In this document: positions 1-10,203 of the stretch, one piece after another | Numbering within the stretch: the stretch's first letter is position 1 | Layout of the letters: each line of letters starts with the position of its first letter | DNA from: SAR324 cluster bacterium | GTDB lineage: Bacteria > SAR324 > NAC60-12 | Length of the DNA stretch: 64,000 nt | Assembly (NCBI GenBank): GCA_029245725.1 | Contig: JAQWOT010000358.1 | Span: 689-64,688, forward strand | Direction of reading: 5' to 3' | Program-made: the position numbers and the translations under genes | Notes under the pieces: generated by a model | Told to the model about the DNA's origin: nothing | Database searches by the model: none | Seen by the model: only the letters and a program-made list of their open reading frames with translations

Positions 1-1077
1 CCTTAAACCGAACAATTTTGTATCTGGAGAAAATATAATATTCATCCTAAACAAAAAAAGGTTCCCTGTATCTTTAGCAAGTCTAAGTTCAGCACATCCA
101 TCTTGTGAATCCAGTGTTGATGAATTACTTAATAAATGTTTTTTTTGGGAAAACGCCTGTGCTACTTTTTCGGGTAGTCTAGTTCCTAACGTAAAATCAA
201 TACGTTGGTATATCTCATGTACGATGAGTGCACCCCCCCATTGCCATTCTGCTAAGTCATTTTGATTTTCTTTGGTCGGAACCCAACCAAAGAGATACCG
301 TTTATTTCCATCAGAGCAAGATCGTGCAGCGTAATAAGCTCTGCCGTCAAAGGCATCATCTAAGGGAGCTATCCAAGGGCCATCTAATGTCTTACTCATA
401 CGGTACACAGTTTTGCTTTTATCGCTGTATTCTGTTGTCAACAGATACCAAAAATCACCAATTCTGAAAAGATCTGGCATCTCATGCATATAGAAAAGAT
501 TTGGTGCCCAAAAGTCACCTTTAAAAATCCAGTTTTTGAAGTCGGTTGAGGTGAAGAAAACAGTACATCCAGTTCGGATTCTCTTGCCTTCTAGCTTACG
601 GGCACCCAGGAGCATTACGTATTCTTGACAATCCTCGTTCCAAAAGATAAAGGGGTCACGCCACTCTGTGGGGTCATAACCTTTCTGTGGGGTCACAAGC
701 GTCTGATCTGTTTTAGTCCAATTGATCAAGTCATAACTGTAAGCAAGCATCAAAACTTGTGAAGCCTTATTTAGATTCGAGTAACTATGGTTGTAACCAG
801 TATAAATTGTATAATAAATGTTATTTACAAAAAACAAGCTTCCAGCAAATATAAATTGGTCCTGATCTTCATCGTCACCATGAGTTATTACTTCACCAAA
901 ATCTTCATAGTGAACAAAATCAGTTGTGCAGGCTAAAGACCAACCAAATGGTTCACCAAACAGTGGTATAGGGTTGCGGGTATCACGTTGGTGAAAAAGA
1001 TAGAATTTTCCATCCTGATAGAATGGCATACAGTCTCCAAACCAAAATCCTTTAGGCTGATAGTAAAGCTTATGCAT
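1..1077 (-). CDS. Glycoside hydrolase family 32 protein (3' end outside window; missing from ORF track)
   Basis: Manual translation from ATG at 1077 gives MHKLYYQPKGFWFGDCMPFYQDGKFYLFHQ..., then FAGS, WRDPF and HEMPDLF beta-propeller motifs; frame is open to position 1. Confidence 0.85.
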   Translation of the reverse strand, partial: MHKLYYQPKGFWFGDCMPFYQDGKFYLFHQRDTRNPIPLFGEPFGWSLACTTDFVHYEDFGEVITHGDDEDQDQFIFAGSLFFVNNIYYTIYTGYNHSYSNLNKASQVLMLAYSYDLINWTKTDQTLVTPQKGYDPTEWRDPFIFWNEDCQEYVMLLGARKLEGKRIRTGCTVFFTSTDFKNWIFKGDFWAPNLFYMHEMPDLFRIGDFWYLLTTEYSDKSKTVYRMSKTLDGPWIAPLDDAFDGRAYYAARSCSDGNKRYLFGWVPTKENQNDLAEWQWGGALIVHEIYQRIDFTLGTRLPEKVAQAFSQKKHLLSNSSTLDSQDGCAELRLAKDTGNLFLFRMNIIFSPDTKLFGLR

Positions 1078-1197
1078 AGACAGTCATCTCTGTTTAACTT
1101 TTTTCAAATTTTCCTAAATATCATCTGACAATAACTGTTTTTTTGGATTAAAATATAACTGGATTTAGTCATTTAAAAATGGCAGAAATGAGGGTTT

Positions 1198-2079
1198 TTG
1201 CTTGAGAACAAAAAAAATGCCAGAAGCGATAACTTAAGTGGGATTATTTACATGATAATTGCTATGGCTGGATTTTCAATTGTAGATTTCTCAATTAAAA
1301 ATCTATCAGATCGGCTGCCAGTAAGCCAAATACTTATATTGATTGGGTTTTTTCAATTTGGCTTGTTTTGGGCTATTTCTACTTATAAAAATTCAGTTTT
1401 TTTTTCAAAAAAGATTAAGAATAAATTTTTTATCATACGTACATTAGCAGATCTTTTCGCAGCGATTTTATTTTTTATAGCGATAGCTAAAACACCGTTG
1501 AGTTCTGCATCAGCTATTATCCAACTTAATCCCTTAATGGTAAGTATATTTGCCTTACTTCTTTTGGGTGAACAAGTAAAATTGCAATCCTGGCTTGCGA
1601 TTCTGGTTGGATTAATTGGTATGCTGCTGATCATAAGGCCTGGCACTGATAGTTTCTTACCCGAATCAATATTTGCTGTTTTAGCTGTGGCTATGTTTGC
1701 ACTAAGAGATATATCTACAAGATTGATGTCAGATGACATCTCTACACTTACAGTTTCTATATGGGGTACCATAGGTTGTATGATTGCTGGACTAGTAAGC
1801 TTACCATTTTTTTCAGTACCATTATTACCAACAAACTATGAATTACTTTTGATTTTTCTGGTGAGTCCTATTGGTTGTATCGCTTATTTTTCACTTGTTA
1901 GTGCAACTCAAAGAGGAAATGTTTCAATTATCTCTCCATTTAGGTATACAAGGCTATTATTTACTCTCATTTTATCATTTTATTTCTTAAATGAGAGGCC
2001 TGATTTTATCATGCTTTTAGGTATATTGATGATAACTTGTGCTGGTATATACCACATTCTAAATCTGGCTCAAAAATAA
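1198..2079 (+). CDS. DMT/EamA family transporter
   Basis: 293 aa, about 10 hydrophobic segments, LLGEQV and LNERP repeat signature of EamA. Confidence 0.9.
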   Translation: MLENKKNARSDNLSGIIYMIIAMAGFSIVDFSIKNLSDRLPVSQILILIGFFQFGLFWAISTYKNSVFFSKKIKNKFFIIRTLADLFAAILFFIAIAKTPLSSASAIIQLNPLMVSIFALLLLGEQVKLQSWLAILVGLIGMLLIIRPGTDSFLPESIFAVLAVAMFALRDISTRLMSDDISTLTVSIWGTIGCMIAGLVSLPFFSVPLLPTNYELLLIFLVSPIGCIAYFSLVSATQRGNVSIISPFRYTRLLFTLILSFYFLNERPDFIMLLGILMITCAGIYHILNLAQK

Positions 2080-2272
2080 AATTAAAAAATTAATAAGCTT
2101 TCCAAGTGATATTGGAATTTGATAATCCAAAATTACAAATTAATAAATTAAATCTTGCCGAAAAATTGGTAATGGCTTCTTACGAATTGCCATCTGGTTG
2201 AATATCAATACTTGAGAAATTCTGATAACTAATTTACTAAATGGGCTAGAATGACCCTGTATCATTAAGCCA

Positions 2273-3340
2273 ATGATGGAAATTGCTTTCCCGATGATGG
2301 TCTCCACTTCCATAGAAGCCGTGTTGATGTTCATCGACCGGCTTTATCAAAAGCAGGTCAGTCCAGAAGTGATGAATGCCTGCTTGAGCTGAGGCTTTAC
2401 ATCCCTTGCCCTAAATCTCCTTTTTCATTGGCATCATTGGCTATAGTACGGCTCTGGTTGCCTAGTATTTGGGTGCTAGGAAACGTGCAAACTGTCCCAG
2501 AGTTCTAACCCAAAGTGTCTTGTTAAGCTGTCTAAGTTCACCTGTAATTCTTACCCTCATTCCAGCCGGCAGATGGGTTTTGGCTACTTCAGGACTCTCT
2601 AATACAGAGGCAGCGCAAGCACAGACCTACCTCACTATTTTAATGGCTGGTGCAGGGATGGACCTATTTCGACACAGCTTGCACAGCTACTTTGGAGGGT
2701 CAGGCAAAACCAGATTTGTGCTGTTATCGACTTTCGTCATGACCATTTCGAATATCGGAGTAAACTACGTGCTAATTTTGTGAAGCTTGGATTCCCTGCG
2801 CTCGGAATTTCTGGGGCTGGTTATGGAACAGTGTTCACCTAGTTTATGGGCGTGGTCACGTTGTGCGTTTTCTACTTCAAGCAGATTCAACTTCCATAAT
2901 GCCAACTTCTGGATAGCTTTCAGTCGGATCTGGAAATTCTAAAAAACTGGTCCACTTTGGATTTGCCAGGGGTCTGTGTATCAACCTACTGATTTTCGCT
3001 GTTGATCTGATGATTCTCACTTTTCAGTCCTACGGAGTCGCTGTTTCTAAAGCCATCACAATAATTTTCACCTAGTTTCAAACTCTTTTCATCCCAGTGA
3101 TTGGTCTGGAGATTGACACTATGAGCCTGGTAGGACGCTTTGTCGGAGCGCACGATGCGGACTCTGCTTCAGACTCCGTATTGGCCGGGCTTCTCCTAGA
3201 AACTAGCTATCCTCTAATCATCTCTCTAATCAGTTTCTTGCTACTCCTGCATTGATCGGAGTGTTTTTGGAATCGAATTCCTCCTCATCAATTCAGAATC
3301 TAGTGATATGGGGAACCCACCTTAATGCCTTCATGATGTT
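2273..3340 (+). pseudogene. MATE efflux family pseudogene
   Basis: Fragments across frames: MEIAFPMMVSTSIEAVLMFIDRL, NIGVNYVLI, LGFPALGISGAGYGT, SLVGRFVGA; several stops and frameshifts; truncated where the integrase remnant begins. Confidence 0.75.
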
Positions 3341-4020
3341 CATCCTTCACTCTTGGCAACTTGCTCATCACGTTTCTCCAACAAAGAACTCATCGCTTCC
3401 TGAGCCTTGTTAGCAATACTCTGCTGGGCTGCAGGGATGAACTTGGCGTAACGCTTGGTCATCGGTGAGCCAGGGGCATGTCCCAGTTGATGGGCGACTT
3501 CAGCTAAGGTGGCTCCATTTGACAACATCATTGAGGCAACTGTATCTCGCAGACAGTAGTTCGGCCTAAATTCTTTTGGGATGCCAGAGAGAGCTCTCAG
3601 TTGGCTGAAACGCTTCTTCAAACTATCCAATCTGCACAAACCACCATCACTCGCTGGAAAGACAAGAGAACTCCCCTGCAATTCTGCTGAACTATTATTC
3701 AATAGTTCCCTTTGAAGCAAGAGCACCTCACGAACCTTCTCATTCATCAGCTGGATCACCATCGTGCCACTCTTGGTATCCCGCTTGGTATATCCTTCGA
3801 CCAAAATCAACCTCCTTCCAGAGCAGCTTAAGTGCCTCCGAGGGCCTGGATCCCGTCCAGCCAATGAATTGATGTAGATGTAAAAGTTGGTGGTCCGAAT
3901 AAGATTCCCACACTCGCTGTAGGTTCTGGAACTGTTCTGGGCTGGGTACTTCAATGCGCTCACTGTTCGGGTCTTGTTTGGGGAGTTCAATCGCCCAGTC
4001 GAGAGCTGGACAATGATTCT
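3340..4020 (-). pseudogene. Tyrosine recombinase/integrase remnant, copy 1 (catalytic domain only, frameshifted)
   Basis: GWTGSRPSEAL (box I) in one frame; YCLRDT...LGH...TKRY (box II) in another; N-terminal part absent. Confidence 0.85.
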
Positions 4021-4148
4021 CATGTGATCCGAAGTTGATAAGACAACTTAATTGTTCGAACAAGCTGTAAAAGAGAAGCCTCTTGGACATAAATTTTCAC
4101 TTGTAGTAGCAAAATATCTTCTAAATACATGATTTAATTTATTTTTAA

Positions 4149-4211
4149 TTGTATACATTAACAATTGTCATTGTATAACAAGCTTGACAACTTAATTGAA
4201 ATTATTAATAA
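4149..4211 (+). promoter_or_regulatory. Putative promoter with tandem GntR-type operators
   Basis: TGTATACA palindrome at 4150-4157, TTGTATAACAA at 4171-4181, TTGACA at 4184-4189 followed by an AT-rich -10-like region; upstream of an operon ending in a GntR gene. Confidence 0.45.
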
Positions 4212-4429
4212 AAGGATTTTTCTAACCATACGTTAGAATTTCCAAAATCCTAGTCTCTTAGAGGGATGTATGCTTGATTCGGACTGAAATTTGTCGATCA
4301 ATACTACAATTCCACGCATCGTCGGGTCTGAGACAGTTTGCCTAATTGAAAGTAAGACTAGTCTTGGCACCAACAAATAAGTGATCTCTAAGAATCTAGA
4401 ATTAACAATACTATCTAATAGAGGTAGCA

Positions 4430-5401
4430 ATGAAGAGAATCGTACTTGCCATTGGGTTAGTTTTAGCAGTATTCGGCTTCAACAGTGCTGCTGTGGGTGC
4501 TGCCGAGTTCCCGGAAGAAACAATTACAATTATTTGTAATTGGTCACCGGGGGGAGGTCAAGACACAGTATCAAGACTGATTGCGAAGTATGCGAGTGAG
4601 AGAGCTGGGGTACCTGTTGTAGTCAATAATGTAACTGGTGCAGCCGGTGCTGCAGGGGTTAGATTTGCAGCTGAAGCAACCCCTGATGGTTACACGGTTG
4701 GGATTATAGGATCTAGCTTTGTAGCAAGAAACTATAGCAATGCAGAAGCAACAGAATTGAGCGAAATTGAGCCGCTGGCATTCTTTGGACCTGACCCGGG
4801 AGCTCTAACAGTCCGAGCTGATACAGGAATAAATTCGCTTAGCGAGTATTTTGATAAAATAAAATCAAATCCTGGGGATCTGATGAATGGTAACGATCCA
4901 CCTGGAGGATCATCAGCCGTTGTTGCATCACTGATTGAGAGTACATTTGATGTGAATATGTCTCAGGTCCCTTATAAAGGATATGCGGCAACAAAAGCCG
5001 CACTATTATCTGGAGAGGTTCAATCAGCAACGCTTCCTGTTGCTCAAGTGTCTGAAGAACACAAGGCAGGAAGTTTGAAAATACTGGGCGTCACATCAAC
5101 CAAAAGGCATTTCAAAGCTCCAGATGTTCCAACATTTGCAGAACAGGGGTTTGAGCTAGTAGCGGGCGACTGGCGAGCTTTGTTTGTGCCCAAAGGAGTG
5201 CCCTACATGAGGCGAATGGTTTTGGAAGATATCTTTCTAAAAACTATGATGGATCCTGAATTCATGAAAGCCGCTGAGACAGCAGGCTATGTGGTAACAC
5301 CGATGAACTCTGTAGATACACTCGGTGCAATAAATAATCATGACCAAAACGTATATCCAATTCTATTGGAAGCCGGTCTAGTCACTCAAAGGAAAAAATA
5401 A
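4430..5401 (+). CDS. tctC: Tripartite tricarboxylate transporter substrate-binding protein (Bug/TctC)
   Basis: Signal peptide, FPEETITIICNWSPGGGQD, PYKG, PDVPTFAEQG motifs; followed by TctB and TctA genes. Confidence 0.92.
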   Translation: MKRIVLAIGLVLAVFGFNSAAVGAAEFPEETITIICNWSPGGGQDTVSRLIAKYASERAGVPVVVNNVTGAAGAAGVRFAAEATPDGYTVGIIGSSFVARNYSNAEATELSEIEPLAFFGPDPGALTVRADTGINSLSEYFDKIKSNPGDLMNGNDPPGGSSAVVASLIESTFDVNMSQVPYKGYAATKAALLSGEVQSATLPVAQVSEEHKAGSLKILGVTSTKRHFKAPDVPTFAEQGFELVAGDWRALFVPKGVPYMRRMVLEDIFLKTMMDPEFMKAAETAGYVVTPMNSVDTLGAINNHDQNVYPILLEAGLVTQRKK

Positions 5402-5411
5402 TTAAAGGAAG

Positions 5412-5432
5412 GGGGAGTGGAACTCACTCCCC
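5412..5432 (+). terminator. Perfect 8-bp stem-loop after the binding-protein gene (attenuator or mRNA stabiliser)
   Basis: GGGGAGTG-GAACT-CACTCCCC between tctC and tctB. Confidence 0.7.
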
Positions 5433-5441
5433 TAATACGAA

Positions 5442-5915
5442 ATGAAGAAGATTAATTATGAAGTACTGACTGTTGCAGTAGTAACGGGGGTGTTTGCAGT
5501 TGCTGGCTGGTATTCCATTTTTGATAGATTCGAGTTAGTAGAAGGAATATATAAAACTAATGACCCAGGTGCCGGATTACTACCTCTCATTCTGTTATCA
5601 ATCTTAAGTATATCCTCAATAACATTCCTCACCCAAATAAAAGCAGAGAACGGACGTTCCTTGAAAGAAGTTTTTCATTCTGCAAACTTACCTCTTCTAC
5701 TTAGTATTCTTCTAGTTATCATCGTTTTTTTGACAAAGTTCTTGGGATATTTATTAACAATCAACGGATTAACAATTCTGTGGTTTCTTCTTTATGGTAA
5801 ACTTAGAAATGAAGATAAAAAGAAATTATTTATAAATACTATATTCATGATTCTTATAGTAAATAGTGTAGTTTATTTATTTTTTATGAAGTTATTGAAT
5901 ACGCCTTTACCATAA
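5442..5915 (+). CDS. tctB: TTT small membrane subunit TctB
   Basis: 157 aa, about 4 TM, DPGAGLLP motif, ends ...NTPLP; stop overlaps tctA start. Confidence 0.85.
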   Translation: MKKINYEVLTVAVVTGVFAVAGWYSIFDRFELVEGIYKTNDPGAGLLPLILLSILSISSITFLTQIKAENGRSLKEVFHSANLPLLLSILLVIIVFLTKFLGYLLTINGLTILWFLLYGKLRNEDKKKLFINTIFMILIVNSVVYLFFMKLLNTPLP

Positions 5916-7390
5916 TGCTTTTAGAACGTTTTTTTATAAGTAGTATTCAGATTTTAACGAACCCTGAAACATTACTACTGTCAGTTATCGGGGTAGCACT
6001 TGGAATAGTATTGGGAGCAATTCCTGGTATCAGCAGTACAATGACGTTGGCGATACTACTTCCAGTGAGTTTTTATCTTGATCAGAATTCCGCAATGGTA
6101 TTTCTGATGGCAGTTTTCTCCTCAAGTGTTTTTGGGGGTTCCATATCGGCAATTCTTCTAAATATACCCGGTACACCAGGAGCAATAGTAACTCAAATTG
6201 ATGGCTTCCCACTAGCAAAAAAGGGCAAAGGTGGGTATGCGCTAGCTTATGCTCTGTTTTCTTCATCTGTAGGAGGCTTAGTTGGCTTATTGATATTGAT
6301 GCTCTTAGCACCAGTTATTATCAAAAGTGCTATGAATTTCAGGAGCCCCGAATTTGCAGCAGCAGCTCTATTTGGTCTAGCAATGTTAGCATATTCAACA
6401 CCTGGCTCAACATACAGGGGGATAGTCATTGGAGTTCTTGGAGTGATTTTAGGGATGGTCGGTTTTGATAATATGACCGACATGCTTAGATTTGATTTCA
6501 GAACAGAGTTTTTACAAAATGGAATCAATTTAGTCCCATTATCGATTGGGCTATTTGGTATGTCAGAAATCCTGAAAAATATAGAAACCTCAAAGGATTC
6601 TGAAAAATTACCAAATATTGGAAACATATTTCCACCATTCTCAAGTGTAATAAAAACATGGAAAAGTATATTTCGAGGATCAATTTTTGGTGTGTTCATT
6701 GGGGCAATTCCAGCTGCAGGCTCAGCGATCGCAGTTGCAATCTCTTATGCTCAAGAAGTGAAGTTAGCGAAAGATAAATCAGAATTTGGTAAAGGTGATA
6801 TACGAGGTATTGTTGCACCAGAATCAGCAAATAACGCTTGTGTAGGAGGTGCTCTCATTCCAATGATGACGTTAGGGATTCCAGGAGATACGATGACTGC
6901 CGTATTGATGGCATCCCTCTTAATACATGGTTTGCAGCCTGGCCCGTTTTTATTCCAGAACAATCCCCAATTCGTTTCCGTCGTTTATGCATCACTGTTC
7001 ATAGCAATTATCCTTACACTCCTACTTGGATTTTTCTTAATCAGATTTATAGTCAAGGCGTTGAATGCACCCACAACGATAATCAATTTTACAATTATTG
7101 TTCTATGTCTTACTGGATCCTTTGCCATTAGAAATTTAATCAGTGATGTCTTCATAATGATTTTCTTTGGTGTTCTAGGATATTTATTTTACAAAATAAA
7201 TTTACCGACAGCACCTCTAGCATTTGGACTTATACTTGGTCCAGTTTTAGAAGAAAATCTCCGGAGAAGTCTAATTATTAGTCGAGGATCGTGGTTAATC
7301 TTTTTGGAGCGTCCAATATCGTTATGTTTGGTAGTAATTACCCTAATTGTTCTTTTATTACCTTTGATAAAATTTAAAAATAGGCAATAA
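5915..7390 (+). CDS. tctA: TTT large membrane subunit TctA
   Basis: GAIPGIS, GGSISAILLNIPGTP, APESANNA, MMTLGIPGD signature motifs. Confidence 0.95.
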   Translation: MLLERFFISSIQILTNPETLLLSVIGVALGIVLGAIPGISSTMTLAILLPVSFYLDQNSAMVFLMAVFSSSVFGGSISAILLNIPGTPGAIVTQIDGFPLAKKGKGGYALAYALFSSSVGGLVGLLILMLLAPVIIKSAMNFRSPEFAAAALFGLAMLAYSTPGSTYRGIVIGVLGVILGMVGFDNMTDMLRFDFRTEFLQNGINLVPLSIGLFGMSEILKNIETSKDSEKLPNIGNIFPPFSSVIKTWKSIFRGSIFGVFIGAIPAAGSAIAVAISYAQEVKLAKDKSEFGKGDIRGIVAPESANNACVGGALIPMMTLGIPGDTMTAVLMASLLIHGLQPGPFLFQNNPQFVSVVYASLFIAIILTLLLGFFLIRFIVKALNAPTTIINFTIIVLCLTGSFAIRNLISDVFIMIFFGVLGYLFYKINLPTAPLAFGLILGPVLEENLRRSLIISRGSWLIFLERPISLCLVVITLIVLLLPLIKFKNRQ

Positions 7391-7392
7391 AA

Positions 7393-8529
7393 ATGGATTT
7401 TAATTATCAGAAAAAAAACAAATATTTTGACAGTCTGATTAGTAATAAAAATCTAATGTGGATGGGTCAAAATACAAACCATATCCCTTCTCATGAAGCT
7501 GTAAAAGAGAGTTTAATAAAGTCAATCCATGATGAAGAGTACCATGTATACGCACCACCACTTGGGTTGGAAGAATTAAGAGAGCTAGTTTTAGTCCACC
7601 TGAATTTGAAACAGAATGATTGTTTTATTACTGATGGCGCAGTTTCAGCCTTATCTAATGTTTGTAATTCATTAATTGGTGAAGATGATGAGTTTTTGAC
7701 GACGGACCCAACATGGATCTGGCCAACTTTATTTACGAAGCAGTCTGGAGGTTTTGTAACCCAAATACCTATATATGGTCATCATACTAATTTTAAAGTC
7801 AAAGCTTCTGACATTGAAAAACATATAACCCCAAAAACTAAAATTTTGTACTTGGTTGATCCAAACAATCCTTTGGGTACTACCATTGATGAATCAGAGG
7901 TTGAAGCGATAGCCAAAATAGCAAAATCAAATAATATTTATATCTTACATGACTGTACCTACCGTGACTTTGCATATAATCACACATTTTTTAATCACTT
8001 CTATCCTGAGGGTACGATCACAATTTGGAGCTTTTCCAAGTGGCTTGGTATTGCAGGCTTGCGCGTGGGTGCTCTGTTATCAACGCCACATCTCATCGAA
8101 AAACTTTCCAAGTGTCCACCAAATATTCTAGGCTCAAATATTATCTCACAGAGAGGTGCTATTGCTGGGCTTAAGCATTTTGCAGAGTGGTTTCCTGAAG
8201 TGAATTCAATTCAACGTAATAATCAACGAATTATATATGAAAGTATTCAAAATGTTGATGAACTCTCGATGCCCATTTTCCCTTCTGACTCCAATTTTGT
8301 TATTGTTGAAATGAATAGTTCTGAAATTTCACCCGAATCACTGACAAAATCATTTCTTGAAAAGAATATTATGATCCGTCAAGGAAGTTATCATAGCGAA
8401 AAATTTGGACATAAATTTGTTAAAATAAGTCTAACTGTACCAACAGATTGGGCGGAATCTTTCGCATATTTTCTTCCAGATAGAATTACTGCTGCCAAAA
8501 ATTTCAATAATGATACTGATTTATTCTGA
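7393..8529 (+). CDS. PLP-dependent aminotransferase, class I/II
   Basis: DPNNPLG, HDCTY, SFSKWLGIAGLRVG (PLP lysine) motifs. Confidence 0.9.
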   Translation: MDFNYQKKNKYFDSLISNKNLMWMGQNTNHIPSHEAVKESLIKSIHDEEYHVYAPPLGLEELRELVLVHLNLKQNDCFITDGAVSALSNVCNSLIGEDDEFLTTDPTWIWPTLFTKQSGGFVTQIPIYGHHTNFKVKASDIEKHITPKTKILYLVDPNNPLGTTIDESEVEAIAKIAKSNNIYILHDCTYRDFAYNHTFFNHFYPEGTITIWSFSKWLGIAGLRVGALLSTPHLIEKLSKCPPNILGSNIISQRGAIAGLKHFAEWFPEVNSIQRNNQRIIYESIQNVDELSMPIFPSDSNFVIVEMNSSEISPESLTKSFLEKNIMIRQGSYHSEKFGHKFVKISLTVPTDWAESFAYFLPDRITAAKNFNNDTDLF

Positions 8530-8536
8530 GTAGTAT

Positions 8537-9319
8537 ATGGATTTAAATTTACAAGGTAAGAGAGTTTTAGTTACTGGTGCATCTAAAGGAATTGGACATG
8601 GACTTGCCTATACACTTGCTAGTGAGGGGGCTCATCTATATTTAGTTGCTCGCAGCGAGCAACTGCTTCGAGAAATGCAAACTCAGCTTACCGAGAGCCA
8701 CGATATTGATGTCCAAATCTTTTCTCTTGATATCAAAAACCTTGAATCAATTGAAAATTTAAAGCTTGAATGTGCTGATACCGATATTCTTGTCAACAAT
8801 GCTGGTGATATACCTAGTGGTAATCTCTTTGATGTTGATGATACGAAATGGCGTGAAGGTTGGGATTTGAAGGTTCATGGTTACATTCGTATGTGTAGAA
8901 TCTTCTATAAAGTCTTCAAGGAAAGAGGATCTGGAGTAATACTTAACAATATTGGTAATGGTGGTGAGATTTTTGACTCGCGCTACATAGCTGGAGTATC
9001 TGGGAACGCATCTCTTATTGCGTTTACCAAGGCTTTAGGTGCAACTAGTCTTAATGATAATATTCGTGTACTTGGTGTTAATCCTGGTCCTGTAAACACT
9101 GAGAGAATTTTTAAAATGTTGAGGAAACGGTCTTTTGATCTCTTTGGCACAGAAGATCGGTTTAACGAACTTGCGCAAAAATATCCCTTATCACGACCTG
9201 CACACATTAATGAAGTCACAGATGCAATAGCATTTTTGATCTCAGATCGTGCCAGTTATATTTCGGGATCCATTCTAACAATTGATGGTGGAATATCATC
9301 CAATAATTCAATCGTATGA
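8537..9319 (+). CDS. Short-chain dehydrogenase/reductase
   Basis: TGASKGIG, NNAG, GVNPGPV, IDGG motifs; lacks a canonical YxxxK. Confidence 0.9.
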   Translation: MDLNLQGKRVLVTGASKGIGHGLAYTLASEGAHLYLVARSEQLLREMQTQLTESHDIDVQIFSLDIKNLESIENLKLECADTDILVNNAGDIPSGNLFDVDDTKWREGWDLKVHGYIRMCRIFYKVFKERGSGVILNNIGNGGEIFDSRYIAGVSGNASLIAFTKALGATSLNDNIRVLGVNPGPVNTERIFKMLRKRSFDLFGTEDRFNELAQKYPLSRPAHINEVTDAIAFLISDRASYISGSILTIDGGISSNNSIV

Positions 9320-10203
9320 AAAATTTTAAAGTTAGCACTTCTGACAATGTTGAGCTGGATTGTAATATTTCAGGAGAAGGCATCCCACTTGTCTTTGTAC
9401 ATGAATTTGGTGGTGACCAGCGTAGTTGGCAGAATCAAGTAAATTATTTTTCTCGCAAATACCAATGTATCACTTTTAATGCACGTGGATATCCACCATC
9501 TGAAGTCCCTAGTTCTGTCGAGTCCTATTCTCAAAGCCGCGCTGTCGAAGATATAATTGATGTTTTAGATTATTTGAAAATCGATGCAGCGCACTTTGTG
9601 GGGCATTCGATGGGTGGATTCGCCGTTTTGCACTTATTAATCAATTATTCACGAAGAGCTATTTCGGCTTCTATAGTTGGGGTTGGTTATGGTGCAGAGA
9701 AACAACACGAAGACTACTTTCGAGGTGTTTCAACAAATGTTGCCAAGCAATTTCTCGAATTAGGAAGCGAAAAGTATTCTCATATTTACGGATCAGCTGC
9801 ATCAAGAATTCCTTTCCAAGTTAAAGATCCCGTTGGTTGGAATAAATTCAGACATAGACTCGGACAGCACTCCATGATTGGGGCTAGTAATACAATGCTT
9901 GGTGTGCAGGCCCACCGTCCATCACTTTATGATTTAGTGACAGAGCTATCTAACATTGAAACACCGTTGTTTATCGTCATTGGGGACGAAGATGATCATT
10001 GCCTACAGACGAGTCTATTTTTGAAGAGCACAGTAAAATCATCTGGATTATTAATTCTACCAAAGACTGGGCATACAGTACCTTCTGAAGAGCCTGGTAT
10101 GTTTAATTCCCATCTTTCAGAATTCTTTTCATTAAATGAGCTTTCCAGGTGGCCAAATCGTGATCCGAGATCAAACCCCATGGAAATCATGAAGATTAGC
10201 TGA
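9316..10203 (+). CDS. Alpha/beta-fold hydrolase
   Basis: FVHEFGGD oxyanion region, GHSMGG nucleophile elbow, GDEDD and GHT catalytic motifs. Confidence 0.9.
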   Translation: MKNFKVSTSDNVELDCNISGEGIPLVFVHEFGGDQRSWQNQVNYFSRKYQCITFNARGYPPSEVPSSVESYSQSRAVEDIIDVLDYLKIDAAHFVGHSMGGFAVLHLLINYSRRAISASIVGVGYGAEKQHEDYFRGVSTNVAKQFLELGSEKYSHIYGSAASRIPFQVKDPVGWNKFRHRLGQHSMIGASNTMLGVQAHRPSLYDLVTELSNIETPLFIVIGDEDDHCLQTSLFLKSTVKSSGLLILPKTGHTVPSEEPGMFNSHLSEFFSLNELSRWPNRDPRSNPMEIMKIS

